IMG/VR virus record: IMGVR_UViG_3300001528_000360
Span: 88,430-152,429 of that record
Reading direction: 5' to 3' (one strand)
Source: a virus
Taxonomy: Duplodnaviria > Caudoviricetes
Length of the DNA: 64,000 nucleotides
Position 1 is the stretch's first letter. Each line of letters starts with the position of its first letter. Shown here piece after piece: positions 50,466-61,225 of the stretch. Made by a program: the position numbers and the translations under genes. A model generated the notes under the pieces. It saw only the letters and a list, made by a program, of their open reading frames with translations. It ran no database searches and was not told the origin of the DNA.

Positions 50466-52709
50466 ATGATAGAATTAACTGAACAACAACAAGAGGCACT
50501 TGTTAAAGCAAAGAAATGGTGGAAAAATAGAAATTCGTCTACGTTCGAGATTTCCGGAGCTGCGGGAACTGGAAAAGCTCAACCAATAGATACTATCATA
50601 CCTACTCCTGATGGAGATAGATTATTAGGTGATTTAAAAGTTGGCGATTATGTATTTAATAGATTAGGACAACCTGTTAAAGTTTTAGGTGTATATGATC
50701 AAGGTTTATTGGATGCTTACGAAGTAATATTTGATGATGGTAGACGAACTATATGTAATGATGAACATCTATGGTGTGCTAAAAAAGGATCTAAGAAATC
50801 AGCTAAATTTAAAATTAAAACAACTAGAGAAATGATGAATCATGGCTTAGTTGATACTGTGCACAGGGGACATATTTTTAAAGTTCCAATAAATTCAGCA
50901 GTAGAATATCCTGAAAAAGAATATTCTATAGATCCTTATGTTATTGGCGCATTTATAGGTAATGGGTGTTGTAAGCAACATATTTTAACATTTTCTTCTA
51001 ATGACATAGAAACAGTTCAAGAAATTACAAAACTTATTGGTGCAACTAATTATCGTAGATCACATGAAACAAATTATAATTATATGTTTTTGGTTAATGA
51101 AAACGATAAAAAATTATATAAACACATTAATCATATAAAATATATTCAAACAAAAACATTTTTTAAAGATTATCCAGAACTTATCGGTGGATCTAAAGAT
51201 AAAAGAATACCTAATGAATATTTTTATGGAAGTATAGAGCAACGATGGTCACTTATTCAAGGCTTATTTGATACTGATGGTTGTATTACTGTGGCTGAAA
51301 ATAGATTTAATATAGTATATACTAGTGTTAATTTACCATTAATTCATGATATACGAAAATTGTTATTGAGTTTAGGATGTTGCTCAACTATACGTGCTAA
51401 TATAAGGGAAGGTAAATCAATATGTTATGAACTATATGCTAAAGTTGATAATGCAGTAAAAATAAATTTCTTTAGATTAAAACGAAAGAAAGATATAGCT
51501 AAATTAGCAAGTAAATATATAAAAAACCATATATATAGTACATCATATATTTATGATATTAAAAATCTTGGATATAAAACAGAAATGAGATGTATATATG
51601 TTGATGATCCTGAACATCTTTACTTAACTAATGATTATATAGTAACACATAATACAACCGTAGTTAGCTTTTTAATAGATGCATTAGGTTTGAATCATGA
51701 TGATGTATTATTTCTTGCATATGTTGGAAAAGCTACTCTAGCTTTATCTCGAAAAGGAAATAATGCTCATACTATACATAGTGCAATATATGATGCTATA
51801 TATACTCCTAAACTTGATGAGAATGGTAATATAATTACTATAAATGGTAAAATAGTAACAACTATTGAATTTATTAAAAAAGAATATCTTGAAAAAAATA
51901 TAAAATTAATAGTTGTAGATGAGGGTGCTATGGTATCTGAAAAATTAGCACTAGATATATTATCATTTGGATTACCAGTTATAGCATTAGGGGATAATAA
52001 TCAATTAGACCCTATATTTGGAGAGAGATTCTTTTTAAAGAATCCTGATGTAACATTAACAGAACCTATGAGACAAGCATTAGATTCTCCAATTATTTAC
52101 CTTGCTCAAAGAGCAATGAAAGGTAAAATGATTAGAGAAGGTAAGTATGGAGATTCATGTTATGTAATAGATAAATCTATGATAACTGATAATATGTTAG
52201 CTAAATCTGATGTTGTCTTATGTAATAGAAATAAAACTAGAGATGAACTAAATAGGTATATTCGAAATGATATTATGAAAATTAATAGTGAAGTTCCTAA
52301 AATAGGAGAAAAACTTATTTGTAGACAGAATAATTGGAGCAAATGTCTATTAAATAATATTTATCTTATTAATGGTATGGTTGGTTATGTTGATAATGTA
52401 TATCTCGATACATATAATGGACGAACTATAACTATTGATTTTCGACCAGATTTCTTAGAATATGATTATTTTAAGAAATTAAAAATTGATTTCAAACATT
52501 TAAATAGTGTACCTGATTCAAAGAATATGAAACGAAGTTTTTATGAAAAATTTGAATATGGATATGCTATAACAACTTTTTTAGCTCAAGGTGCAGAATG
52601 GGATAAGGTTTTCGTGTACGCAGAACAATATGGTACTGTAGATTTTCAAAAGAAGGTATTATATACAGCAATTACCCGTGCTAAGAAATTTTTAATTTTG
52701 GCATTTTAA
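50466..52709 (+). CDS. SF1B (Dda/RecD-like) helicase containing an intein
   Basis: GAAGTGK|TT after intein removal, TIHS, VDE, GDNNQL, MRQ, YAITTFLAQG, YTAITRA. Confidence 0.9.
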   Translation: MIELTEQQQEALVKAKKWWKNRNSSTFEISGAAGTGKAQPIDTIIPTPDGDRLLGDLKVGDYVFNRLGQPVKVLGVYDQGLLDAYEVIFDDGRRTICNDEHLWCAKKGSKKSAKFKIKTTREMMNHGLVDTVHRGHIFKVPINSAVEYPEKEYSIDPYVIGAFIGNGCCKQHILTFSSNDIETVQEITKLIGATNYRRSHETNYNYMFLVNENDKKLYKHINHIKYIQTKTFFKDYPELIGGSKDKRIPNEYFYGSIEQRWSLIQGLFDTDGCITVAENRFNIVYTSVNLPLIHDIRKLLLSLGCCSTIRANIREGKSICYELYAKVDNAVKINFFRLKRKKDIAKLASKYIKNHIYSTSYIYDIKNLGYKTEMRCIYVDDPEHLYLTNDYIVTHNTTVVSFLIDALGLNHDDVLFLAYVGKATLALSRKGNNAHTIHSAIYDAIYTPKLDENGNIITINGKIVTTIEFIKKEYLEKNIKLIVVDEGAMVSEKLALDILSFGLPVIALGDNNQLDPIFGERFFLKNPDVTLTEPMRQALDSPIIYLAQRAMKGKMIREGKYGDSCYVIDKSMITDNMLAKSDVVLCNRNKTRDELNRYIRNDIMKINSEVPKIGEKLICRQNNWSKCLLNNIYLINGMVGYVDNVYLDTYNGRTITIDFRPDFLEYDYFKKLKIDFKHLNSVPDSKNMKRSFYEKFEYGYAITTFLAQGAEWDKVFVYAEQYGTVDFQKKVLYTAITRAKKFLILAF
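50577..51653 (+). mobile_element. Class 3 (Ala-start) intein with a LAGLIDADG endonuclease, 359 aa
   Basis: Starts AQPID, block B CNDEHLW, PYVIGAFIGNG / LIQGLFDTDG, block F MRCIYV, ends VTHN|T; inserted in the P-loop. Confidence 0.9.
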
Positions 52710-52742
52710 AGAGAGATAACGGAAATTAATCCGTTATCTCTC
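52710..52742. terminator. Bidirectional intrinsic terminator
   Basis: GAGAGATAACGGA...TCCGTTATCTCTC. Confidence 0.75.
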
Positions 52743-52750
52743 ATATTTTT

Positions 52751-53215
52751 TTAAGCATTAAGAGGCGTTTTTACAGTAATTGAAGTACCGGCATTTCCAC
52801 TAACTGCAGCAATACCTAAAATAACATCGGATGCAGATGTAACTTTACCAACATTGCTACCAATTAATTTTACAAAATCACCAGCAGTAACAGTATTACC
52901 TGTTGCAACTGTATAAGTAACTGTATTACCTCTTACAGTAGTATTAATGGCAGGACCTACATAAGTACCTGTAATCTTTCTACCACTACTATATCCAGTT
53001 TTTCCAGTATCAATATCAGATGCAATTGCAGTTGCACCAGTAGTATTTTTTTCAAAGAATCTCTGAGTAGCAGCACCGACTACACGAAATCCATTTGAAT
53101 CAATAGATACTTTACCGGTTCTAACATCAGCATCAGTAACATTTACATCTTTTAAACCTTTGTCATGAACTATTGTTACTCCTGTTGCAAGTTTGCTTCC
53201 TATATATAAAGCCAT
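52751..53215 (-). CDS. Virion fibre/decoration-like protein (short paralog)
   Basis: Gly/Thr/Ala-rich; ATAIASDIDTGKTGY..KITGT; AGDFVK..GIA..SG.AG. Confidence 0.6.
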   Translation of the reverse strand: MALYIGSKLATGVTIVHDKGLKDVNVTDADVRTGKVSIDSNGFRVVGAATQRFFEKNTTGATAIASDIDTGKTGYSSGRKITGTYVGPAINTTVRGNTVTYTVATGNTVTAGDFVKLIGSNVGKVTSASDVILGIAAVSGNAGTSITVKTPLNA

Positions 53216-53233
53216 GTTTTCACCTACTTTCGA

Positions 53234-54862
53234 TTACACATTAGGACGAATGATTTGAATGGTATCTCCACCATAAAGTCTACCATTGCCACTATTTCTT
53301 GCAACGCCTACAACTGTATTACCAGCAATAGCTTTTGCAACCATTCGCTGTGTTAACGGTTGAGTTATATCATATACAGTTAAAACATCAGTAAATGAAC
53401 TACCTTTTCTTTGTAGTAATTTACCATATAATCTTCTATCATCAAAATTACCATCATATTTATCATATACAACAAGAACTTTATCTTCTTCATAGCAAAT
53501 AACATTAATTACATTATATCCAGAAGTATCAACTTCATATGCAGAACCAGCACTAATAGTTAAATTATTAGTATTAAATGTGATATAGCAAATATTAAAA
53601 GCATATCTACCTTTAAAGAAAATAGCTGCACTGGTATTTGTCAATAATGTAATAGATGTTGATCCGACATTATCATATACAGAGCCAGGAGTAACAGTAT
53701 TTCTACTAATATTTAATCCGTTAGTAAATACAATGTCAGTCATACAAACAAAGTTAGTTCCATCATAAATTGTATATGCTACTAGTGCATGATTATCAAT
53801 AATTTTCACAATATCAAATGAAGTTGAAAACATTGATGCTGATACAGTTTCATAAGGTCCAGCTATAATTGAATTACGATTTGAAATATCCAATACTATC
53901 ATAGCTGAACTATTATTTGTTTGTGTTTGATACATTACTAATATTTTATTATTAGCAATGTATGTCATAACAAACTTTTTCATATAAATATCGCCATTCA
54001 TAGTAGATGTATTTGTGTATGTTAAAGTACTACCGCTCACTGTTAAATAAGCAATCTTAAATATATCATTATTAATATATCCAATAGCAATTTGATTATT
54101 ACCAAGATCAATAGCACTAACTTCCCAACCTGCAGAAATATCAGTAATACTAGTTAAAGATATGACATTAGTGTTAGAAACTGTTAAAATAGCTGCACGA
54201 CTGCCTCCATTATACACAGCATACACAATAACAAATCTATTTCCTGAAATAGGAATTATAGATATCGTGTTACTAGAGCCATTGGCATCAAGTGTTTGCA
54301 TTGAAGAAATGGTAGTTTTTTCACCATCCATCGTAATGACGCAACCTTTTAATTTATAACTATCATTATCATCTGTGATCAATAACAACACTTTATTTGC
54401 AGATAATAAATGTGTTTTAATATAATAAGAACTATAATTCTTGATATTAAATCTAGCAGATAAAGCATCTTTAGTTTTATAACCACATCCACATACTTCA
54501 TCAACAAATTTAACAAAATCACCGACAAGAATATTATTATTATTTGCAACCTTATATGACTCAACTAAACCAGATACAAGTGTTTCAATACCGCCACGTA
54601 CTGCAGTACCAGTGATTTTATTACCTTTAACCCATAAAGTTTTATCTTTAGTAATATTTGCTGCAACTGCTGTTGCATCATTTGTTAAACTAGAAACTGT
54701 ATCAGTAATAGTCATAGTTCCAGTTAAAGAATTATAATTTTTATCAATTGATTTCTTTCCAGTTAAAATATCACCAGCACCTGCTGTGATAAAATCAGTA
54801 GGAATCTTTGTTTTTACAGTAACACCTTTGATTCGTGTTCTTCCTTTATATAAAAAACCCAT
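53234..54862 (-). CDS. Virion fibre/decoration-like protein with an inserted beta-rich domain
   Basis: AAGGAG RBS before MGFLYKG; shares N- and C-terminal motifs with 52751..53215. Confidence 0.65.
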   Translation of the reverse strand: MGFLYKGRTRIKGVTVKTKIPTDFITAGAGDILTGKKSIDKNYNSLTGTMTITDTVSSLTNDATAVAANITKDKTLWVKGNKITGTAVRGGIETLVSGLVESYKVANNNNILVGDFVKFVDEVCGCGYKTKDALSARFNIKNYSSYYIKTHLLSANKVLLLITDDNDSYKLKGCVITMDGEKTTISSMQTLDANGSSNTISIIPISGNRFVIVYAVYNGGSRAAILTVSNTNVISLTSITDISAGWEVSAIDLGNNQIAIGYINNDIFKIAYLTVSGSTLTYTNTSTMNGDIYMKKFVMTYIANNKILVMYQTQTNNSSAMIVLDISNRNSIIAGPYETVSASMFSTSFDIVKIIDNHALVAYTIYDGTNFVCMTDIVFTNGLNISRNTVTPGSVYDNVGSTSITLLTNTSAAIFFKGRYAFNICYITFNTNNLTISAGSAYEVDTSGYNVINVICYEEDKVLVVYDKYDGNFDDRRLYGKLLQRKGSSFTDVLTVYDITQPLTQRMVAKAIAGNTVVGVARNSGNGRLYGGDTIQIIRPNV

Positions 54863-55006
54863 ATATAAATCACTCCTTTTTTCAAGGCTTTTTAATATAC
54901 TCGTCATTTTTATAGTAATGTTTTTCATATTATTTCTATGCATTTTACTGTTTAATGATACGTTAAACATTTTTGTAAAATATATTATGAAAGGAAGTGT
55001 TCCTTT

Positions 55007-55285
55007 ATGACTGGTGCTGAATTTAAGAAAGTCGTAAACTATTTCGGTGAAGAAAATATTCTTGGTATCGGATTTGATAATAGTACTGCTATTACGTTTG
55101 GTCCTGGAGAATTTACTCTTGCAAATAGTTATATTGAAGATTTAGAATCAATTCATGAAATCGTTTTTGATTCTAAGGGTAATCCTTTCCATGTAATTAA
55201 GCACATTGAAACTGTTCAGTGTCTTATGATTCGTGATTCTGGCATTCCTTTTACTGCATATGACAGGATCAGTATTCGTGGCTAA
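55007..55285 (+). CDS. Hypothetical protein
   Basis: 92-aa ORF; AACA-N6-TA at 54966-54977. Confidence 0.65.
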   Translation: MTGAEFKKVVNYFGEENILGIGFDNSTAITFGPGEFTLANSYIEDLESIHEIVFDSKGNPFHVIKHIETVQCLMIRDSGIPFTAYDRISIRG

Positions 55286-55403
55286 ATATGAAAAAATCAA
55301 AAAGAATTTGAATTATATATTATTCTTATATCAACAAGAGAATAATCAATATTGTTTTGTTGATATACCCTAAAAAAATTATTTAATAGGAGGACAATCT
55401 ATT

Positions 55404-55871
55404 ATGGGTAAGAAAGATTCTAACTTTGCATCTATGCGTGATCTTCTGGAGGAGAAGAAGAAGCTTGATAAGAAGATGAACAAAATCAAGATTCCTTGTT
55501 CTCACACTAAGGAGAATGGTAAGCTCAAGGTTGAGTTTATCAATGGCACTTATGCAGAGTGCAAGCGTTGTGGTTGCCGTTTCGATTTCAGCCGTATTGA
55601 TTTCGATACTCTTGATAATGCAGTTGAGACTGTTCACAATGCAATCAATCAGATCAAGGCTCTGTCTAATGATCCTGATCGTGAGGGTGGTGTTATCCGT
55701 GAGCTGGGTAGCATTGACTATAACCTTGGCGAGATGGCAGAGCTGTATAAGCGCACTATTACCAAGTATGGTAAGGGTGGTAACAAGAAGGATAAGAAGA
55801 ATCGTGATAAGTCTATCGGTAGCTACGGTGTTGGCAACCTTGACTTTATCGGTGGCAAGCGTAGATATTAA
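55404..55871 (+). CDS. Basic protein with a putative Zn ribbon (CSH..CKRC)
   Basis: AGGAGG RBS, early promoter motif at 55314-55323, strong codon bias. Confidence 0.7.
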   Translation: MGKKDSNFASMRDLLEEKKKLDKKMNKIKIPCSHTKENGKLKVEFINGTYAECKRCGCRFDFSRIDFDTLDNAVETVHNAINQIKALSNDPDREGGVIRELGSIDYNLGEMAELYKRTITKYGKGGNKKDKKNRDKSIGSYGVGNLDFIGGKRRY

Positions 55872-56100
55872 TTAATAAACATAATAATTTAATTAATTAA
55901 TGTTAGCCGGCTGAAATTAATTAACTCTAAGCATTTGGATGCGAAGGATATCTTTATAGGTATCCTTCGCATCTATTTTTTTAATAAAATTATTTGTATG
56001 ATCCCTATAGATATAGGGATGTATAATATAGTTTTATTATTGAGATAACATAACTGTGTACCACGAATATTTATAATTTATATAATAGGAGAAATTTAAA

Positions 56101-56475
56101 ATGACGCTGCAGAATATTATTAATATTACTGACTTTGATCTTTCCATGATGATTATTATGGAAAATGAAAATGGTAAAAAGACCGCATATGATTTTGCAA
56201 ATAAAACTTGGGCAACTGATTCTTTATTCCATAAGGATAAGATTGTTCCGGTTGGTCGTTTTGCTATTAGTAATATTTATAAGAAGATTCGATATAATAC
56301 GTTTAAGACTTTTTCTGTTCTTAATACTGCTAATATTGAATCTTTGAAAGGTCTTGAAACTAAGCGTGGTGTTGTAATTTTATTCCTGATTACTGATAAA
56401 GATCCTAAGAAGAATCTCCGCAAGCCTATGTCTAGAGCTAAAAAAGAAAAGATTGCTAAAAATAATAGTAACTAA
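56101..56475 (+). CDS. Hypothetical protein
   Basis: 124-aa ORF with AGGAG RBS. Confidence 0.65.
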   Translation: MTLQNIINITDFDLSMMIIMENENGKKTAYDFANKTWATDSLFHKDKIVPVGRFAISNIYKKIRYNTFKTFSVLNTANIESLKGLETKRGVVILFLITDKDPKKNLRKPMSRAKKEKIAKNNSN

Positions 56476-56520
56476 AAATTGAATAGTACCATCTATAACT
56501 TTTAGAAAGGGTGATATATC

Positions 56521-59500
56521 TTGGAAGACAACGTACAGAAGTTCATAGATGATAAGATAGAACACATCGAAAGTGATATAAAGAAAATTCAGGTTAAGCC
56601 TGGAATGTATATCGCAGAAATAGGTGCTAATGGTGCATTGCATCTCTGTAAAGAATTAATTAATAATGCAATTGATGAATGTATTAATAAAAATTCTCCT
56701 GCTGATACAATTGATGTATTTCTAGATGAAGGAGAAAATGAAATTACAGTTTCAGACAACGGGCGAGGAATTCCATTTGAAAATTTAATTATTGTATGTA
56801 CTACATTACAATCAGGAAGTAAATTTACACGAGAAGGTGCAGGATCTTCGAGTGCAGGCGAAAACGGTAAACTTCAATGCTGTTGTAAAACTCTCTTAAT
56901 TGCTGGAAAATCTATAATAGATAATCAGCAGCCAAGACTCTATATAGAGTAAGGTTCAACGACTAGTCATTATGACGTACATTCAAGTGAATGGAAATGG
57001 AGAGCAACTTTTATAAGTTGAAGATATAGTCTGATCTCTATAGAAATATAGAGCAGTTCATAAGAGAACGACACAAGAGTAACGATCTTGTGTGAACGAG
57101 AATGGTCGGACTCACAGCAGTAAATAGTCTATCTCACAAATTTGAAATTATATCTTATAGATATGGTGAAAAAGGGAAAGTATCATTTACTGAAGGTGAA
57201 TTAATTGATCAATCAGTTACTAAGATTAAGAATAAAGATAAGCATGGTTCAACTTTTATTATGCAACCTTCTAGGGAGTATATGGGTCAAGACTGTGATA
57301 TTAGTTCAGATAATCTTATTAGCTGGATTGAAAAAATTGTATATTTATTACCTTCTAATATTAAGTTAAATCTTAGTATTAAGAAGAAAGGTAAAGAATC
57401 TTTAGTTAACAAAAAGTATAGTAATAAAAGAGGACTCTATGACTTAGTAAATAAGATGTGTCAAAGACCGCTTTTAGATCCAATATCTTTTATTCAAACA
57501 ATGAGAACGAAAGAAAAAGTTCATGATAGATTGATTGATAGATTTATTGGACTTGAAGTGGCTTTTACATATAATTCTAATAGCGTAGAGTTTGAAAGTG
57601 AATCTTTTTGTAATTTCGTTAATACCTTCGATGGTTAAAACTAAGCCCACTATAATAGTGATATTATAGTGAATTCTTCTTAAATGCTGGAAAATCTATA
57701 ATAGATAATCAGCAGCCAAGACTCTTATATAGAGTAAGGTTCAACGACTAGTCATTATGACGTACATTCAAGTGAATGGAAATGGAAGACATCTTTATAT
57801 TAAGATGAAGATATAGTCTGGTCTCTAATGTAAATTAGAGCAGTTCTTAAGTGAACGATATGAGATTAACGAACTCATATGAACATTAACGGGTGTTCAT
57901 GTAGATGCTGTTAAAACAGGTATTCTACAGTATTTAACGAAACAAGCAAAAGATTCTTTATCTGAAAGAGAAGCAAAGAAACTTGATATTACTTTTAGTG
58001 ATGCATCTCAAGGATTATTCTTAGCTGTTTATTTAAGCACTGATTATAATCCTCAGTTTGCGTCACAGATTAAATCTAAGATGTCTAGTAATGAGTTTTT
58101 CAAACCATTACGTGAAATGACATATAGAGCATTAACAGAATATTTTAATAAGAATCCTAAAGATCTTAAGAAGATTATTGATCGAGTAAAAACAAATGCA
58201 AAAGCTCGTATTGAATCAACTAAAGTTCGTAATTCTGTTATTCGTGGTGAAACCACTAATTTTGAAGAACATCTAATGGAAAACTTTATTCCTGCAAATA
58301 ATCGTGGAAGAAATGATTATAGAGAACTCATCATAATCGAGGGTCGCAGTGCACGAGGTTCCGCTGAAACAGGCAGATTTGATCGTGACACACAGGCAAT
58401 TTTTAGTATTAGAGGAGTTCCATTAAATGCATTTGGTTTAAACATTGATAAGGTTCTTCAGAATACTGAATTTAATAATTTAATTAAAATATTGGGATGT
58501 AATTGCGGCAGTCGTTTTGATATGTCTAAGTTAAAATATAATAAGATTATATTGATGGCTGACGCGGACAGTGATAAAGTCTTGTCACTTAACCTCCTTA
58601 ATTGCTGGAAAATCCTTAGAGCCTAAAGTAATAAAATAATTCTTTAGGATTGGATAATCAGCAGCTAATTATTCGATTTTGTTAAGAAATAAAATATAAA
58701 AGTTGGTGATAGAATAAAATGAGATTAGAAAAAATTATATTTATCAATGGAAATAAAACAACTTATAAGGTTACTTCTGATGGGAAAGTGTTTAATTATA
58801 AAACAAATAAATATCTTTCACCATCATACAATCATAAAGGCTATAAAATGGTTGTATTATATGTTGATGGTGAGCCAATAACAAGAACTATTCATAAATT
58901 AGTAGCTTTAGCTTTTATACCAAATCCAGATAATTTACCTGTTGTAAATCATATTAATGGTGTTAAGACAGATAATAATTATACTAATTTAGAATGGTGT
59001 ACATATCAATACAATACTAGACATGCTTGGAAAACCGGACTAACAAAAGCTTTACGAGGATCAATTAATGGACATTCAAAATATAATGATGATCAAATTA
59101 TCAAAGTATGTGAAATGTTAGCTGATAATAAACCTCTTAAAGAAATAAAAAAAGAAACCGGTGTAAAAGGTGATACAATTACCAAAATATTATATCACAA
59201 TCAATGGCCAGATATAAGTTGTAAATATAAATTTGATAAAGATTATTATAAAAGTTTATTAAAATCTGTAGATGCTGATCTTGAGCGTAAAATAGAAAAT
59301 TGTTTATTATCTGGTATTCTTAAAGAAAAAGATATAAAAAAGAAATTAAACATTCCAGATAATAAATCAATACATTCAGCATATAAAAGATTAAAATCTA
59401 AGCACAAATTAACAAAATCGAATAAAAGTTCAACGACTATCGAAAACGATGATCTCTATACAATAGAGATTCATTAAGTGAGTAGATTACACTCAAGTGA

Positions 59501-60451
59501 GTGGAAATGGGAGGCAACCTTCTTAAATATTTAAGAAGGTTGAAGATATAGTCTAAACTATATAGAAATATATAGCAGTTCTTAAATGAACGGTATAAGA
59601 GTAACGATCTTATATGAATATATTTGGGATATAATATCACATCCTTATTATGTGCATTCTTTATGACCCATTTACCTGAGATTGTGAAGGATGGGAGACT
59701 ATATAAATCTGTATCTCCATTATATCGTATTAAGAGTAAATATAAAGAGTTTATTCTTAATAAGAAAGAGTATGTTGAAATTTTTGAAAGACAGGTTAGA
59801 GATAACTTATCCGTCATGAATCCTTCTACTAAGAAGATGTATACAGATACTGAACTTCAACATGTTCTTATGGTTAATAGAAATTATCTTGAAGAATTGA
59901 TTAGATTATCTAATCGTGTAGTAATTAATCCGACTGTTCTTGAATATATCTTAATTCATCGTAAGGAAAAGAATTTCTATAAAGAATTTAGAAAAGAATT
60001 TCCTGAATTAATAATAGATGATGATAATGTCTTAACTGGTATTTATGAAGGACGTTATCAGATTCTTATTATGGATAAAATTTTCGAGAAAAGAATCAGT
60101 CAATTAGAAGAATTTATTAATGATGAAAATCGTCATATGTATTTTAATGTCTTTGAAAAATCTCCTAATGGAAATATTGATAAAGGGGTAATGTCTTTAG
60201 GACAATTTTTGACTTTAGCTCAAAAATATCAACCTATTATAAAGACTCGTTATAAGGGAATCGGTGAGTTGAACCCTAAAGATTTAAGAGATAATACTCT
60301 TGATCCTAGACATCGTATTTTAATTAGGTTGACTATGAGTGATTTAGAGAGAGATTTAGAGAAGTTTAATATTTTACACGGTGATGATTCATCTGAAAGA
60401 AGACTTCTTATGGAGCACTTTAAGATTGATCGTGATGACCTCGACAATTAA
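56521..60451 (+). CDS. gyrB: Type IIA topoisomerase/gyrase subunit B (4 exons, ~795 aa)
   Basis: PGMYI, ELINNAIDE, DNGRGIP, GENG|VG, DG|GVH, EGRSA, ADADSD|G, RYKGIGE; exons 56521-56868, 57105-57635, 57892-58575, 59627-60451. Confidence 0.93.
56869..57104 (+). mobile_element. Group I intron, ORF-less (gyrB intron 1)
   Basis: P/Q/R/S core; in-frame junction. Confidence 0.9.
57636..57891 (+). mobile_element. Group I intron, ORF-less (gyrB intron 2)
   Basis: P/Q/R/S core; GGT|GGT junction. Confidence 0.9.
58576..59626 (+). mobile_element. Group I intron with HNH gene (gyrB intron 3)
   Basis: P ~58600, Q ~58656, R ~59428, S ~59543; splits the TOPRIM DxDxD|G motif. Confidence 0.9.
58719..59477 (+). 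CDS. Intron-encoded HNH homing endonuclease
   Basis: IHKLVALAFIPNP..VNHINGVKTDN..NLEWCT. Confidence 0.92.
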   Translation: MRLEKIIFINGNKTTYKVTSDGKVFNYKTNKYLSPSYNHKGYKMVVLYVDGEPITRTIHKLVALAFIPNPDNLPVVNHINGVKTDNNYTNLEWCTYQYNTRHAWKTGLTKALRGSINGHSKYNDDQIIKVCEMLADNKPLKEIKKETGVKGDTITKILYHNQWPDISCKYKFDKDYYKSLLKSVDADLERKIENCLLSGILKEKDIKKKLNIPDNKSIHSAYKRLKSKHKLTKSNKSSTTIENDDLYTIEIH

Positions 60452-60465
60452 AAGGAGAAATTAAC

Positions 60466-60768
60466 ATGGATACATTTGATCAGGCAAGAGCTAAGATGGT
60501 ATATGAACAAGATGAATTAGTTAGACATCTTGCTGAATGTACAGGAAAAGAGATTTATGAATCTGCTTTCACAATTGCTACTTATTCTAAGATTTTTAAT
60601 ATCTTATATCATAATGAGATTAAGTGTAATTATTTAGCAGATTTGATTCTCTGTAATGATAATTTAGTTGGTATGTTAACAGCTGACTATGTAAATGAAG
60701 GATTCAATGGTTATACACGACTAACAGAATTCCTTAAGAATAAAATTGCAGAACTTCATCCTGTATAA
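60466..60768 (+). CDS. Hypothetical protein
   Basis: 100-aa ORF, AAGGAG RBS. Confidence 0.7.
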   Translation: MDTFDQARAKMVYEQDELVRHLAECTGKEIYESAFTIATYSKIFNILYHNEIKCNYLADLILCNDNLVGMLTADYVNEGFNGYTRLTEFLKNKIAELHPV

Positions 60769-60779
60769 AAAATAAATTT

Positions 60780-60814
60780 TTATAGGTAAGCTTGAAATAT
60801 AGCTTACCTATAAA
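60780..60814 (+). terminator. Intrinsic terminator upstream of array 3
   Basis: TATAGGTAAGCT...AGCTTACCTATA hairpin. Confidence 0.7.
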
Positions 60815-60833
60815 AATTAATTAATTTTTAAAG

Positions 60834-60843
60834 TATATATTAT
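60834..60843 (+). promoter_or_regulatory. Putative early promoter TATATATTAT
   Basis: One of 16 intergenic copies, all oriented toward downstream genes. Confidence 0.7.
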
Positions 60844-60850
60844 AATAGTA

Positions 60851-61166
60851 TAAATCAAGAGTAATTAATTGTATCATAGACCATAAATGAATCATATGCT
60901 GGTATTGTATCATAACTCATAAATGAATCATAAAAAATAATAGTATCAAAGCCAATAAATGAATCAAGTAAACTAATAGTATCATCGACAAATAATGAAT
61001 CAAAGTCCCTAATAGTATCACAATTACTCAATGAATCAGATAGCAATACAGTATCAAAACGTAAGAATGAATCAAAAGGGATTATAAAGTATCAGAACGT
61101 AATAATGAATCATTATTATCAATAGTATCAAATTTGTAAAATGAATCAAAACTAAATATAGTATCA
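60851..61166. repeat. 18-nt-period alternating-motif array 3 (17 units plus degenerate terminal motif), inverted relative to arrays 1 and 2
   Basis: ATAGTATCA / AATGAATCA alternate with unique ~9-nt spacers. Confidence 0.95.
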
Positions 61167-61225
61167 TTTACCACAAATGTATTTTTACATTAAAAAATTT
61201 ATTTATTTGAAAGGAATTAACAACA

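Noticed and set aside
60855-61046. ORF-track peptides with DTIxxxDSxxxx repeats (60855..61046, 2607..2792) as real proteins
   Set aside because: Units of 17, 19 and 20 nt break the frame, spacers contain stops, no RBS is evident, and codon third positions are nearly invariant. The constraint is at nucleotide level.
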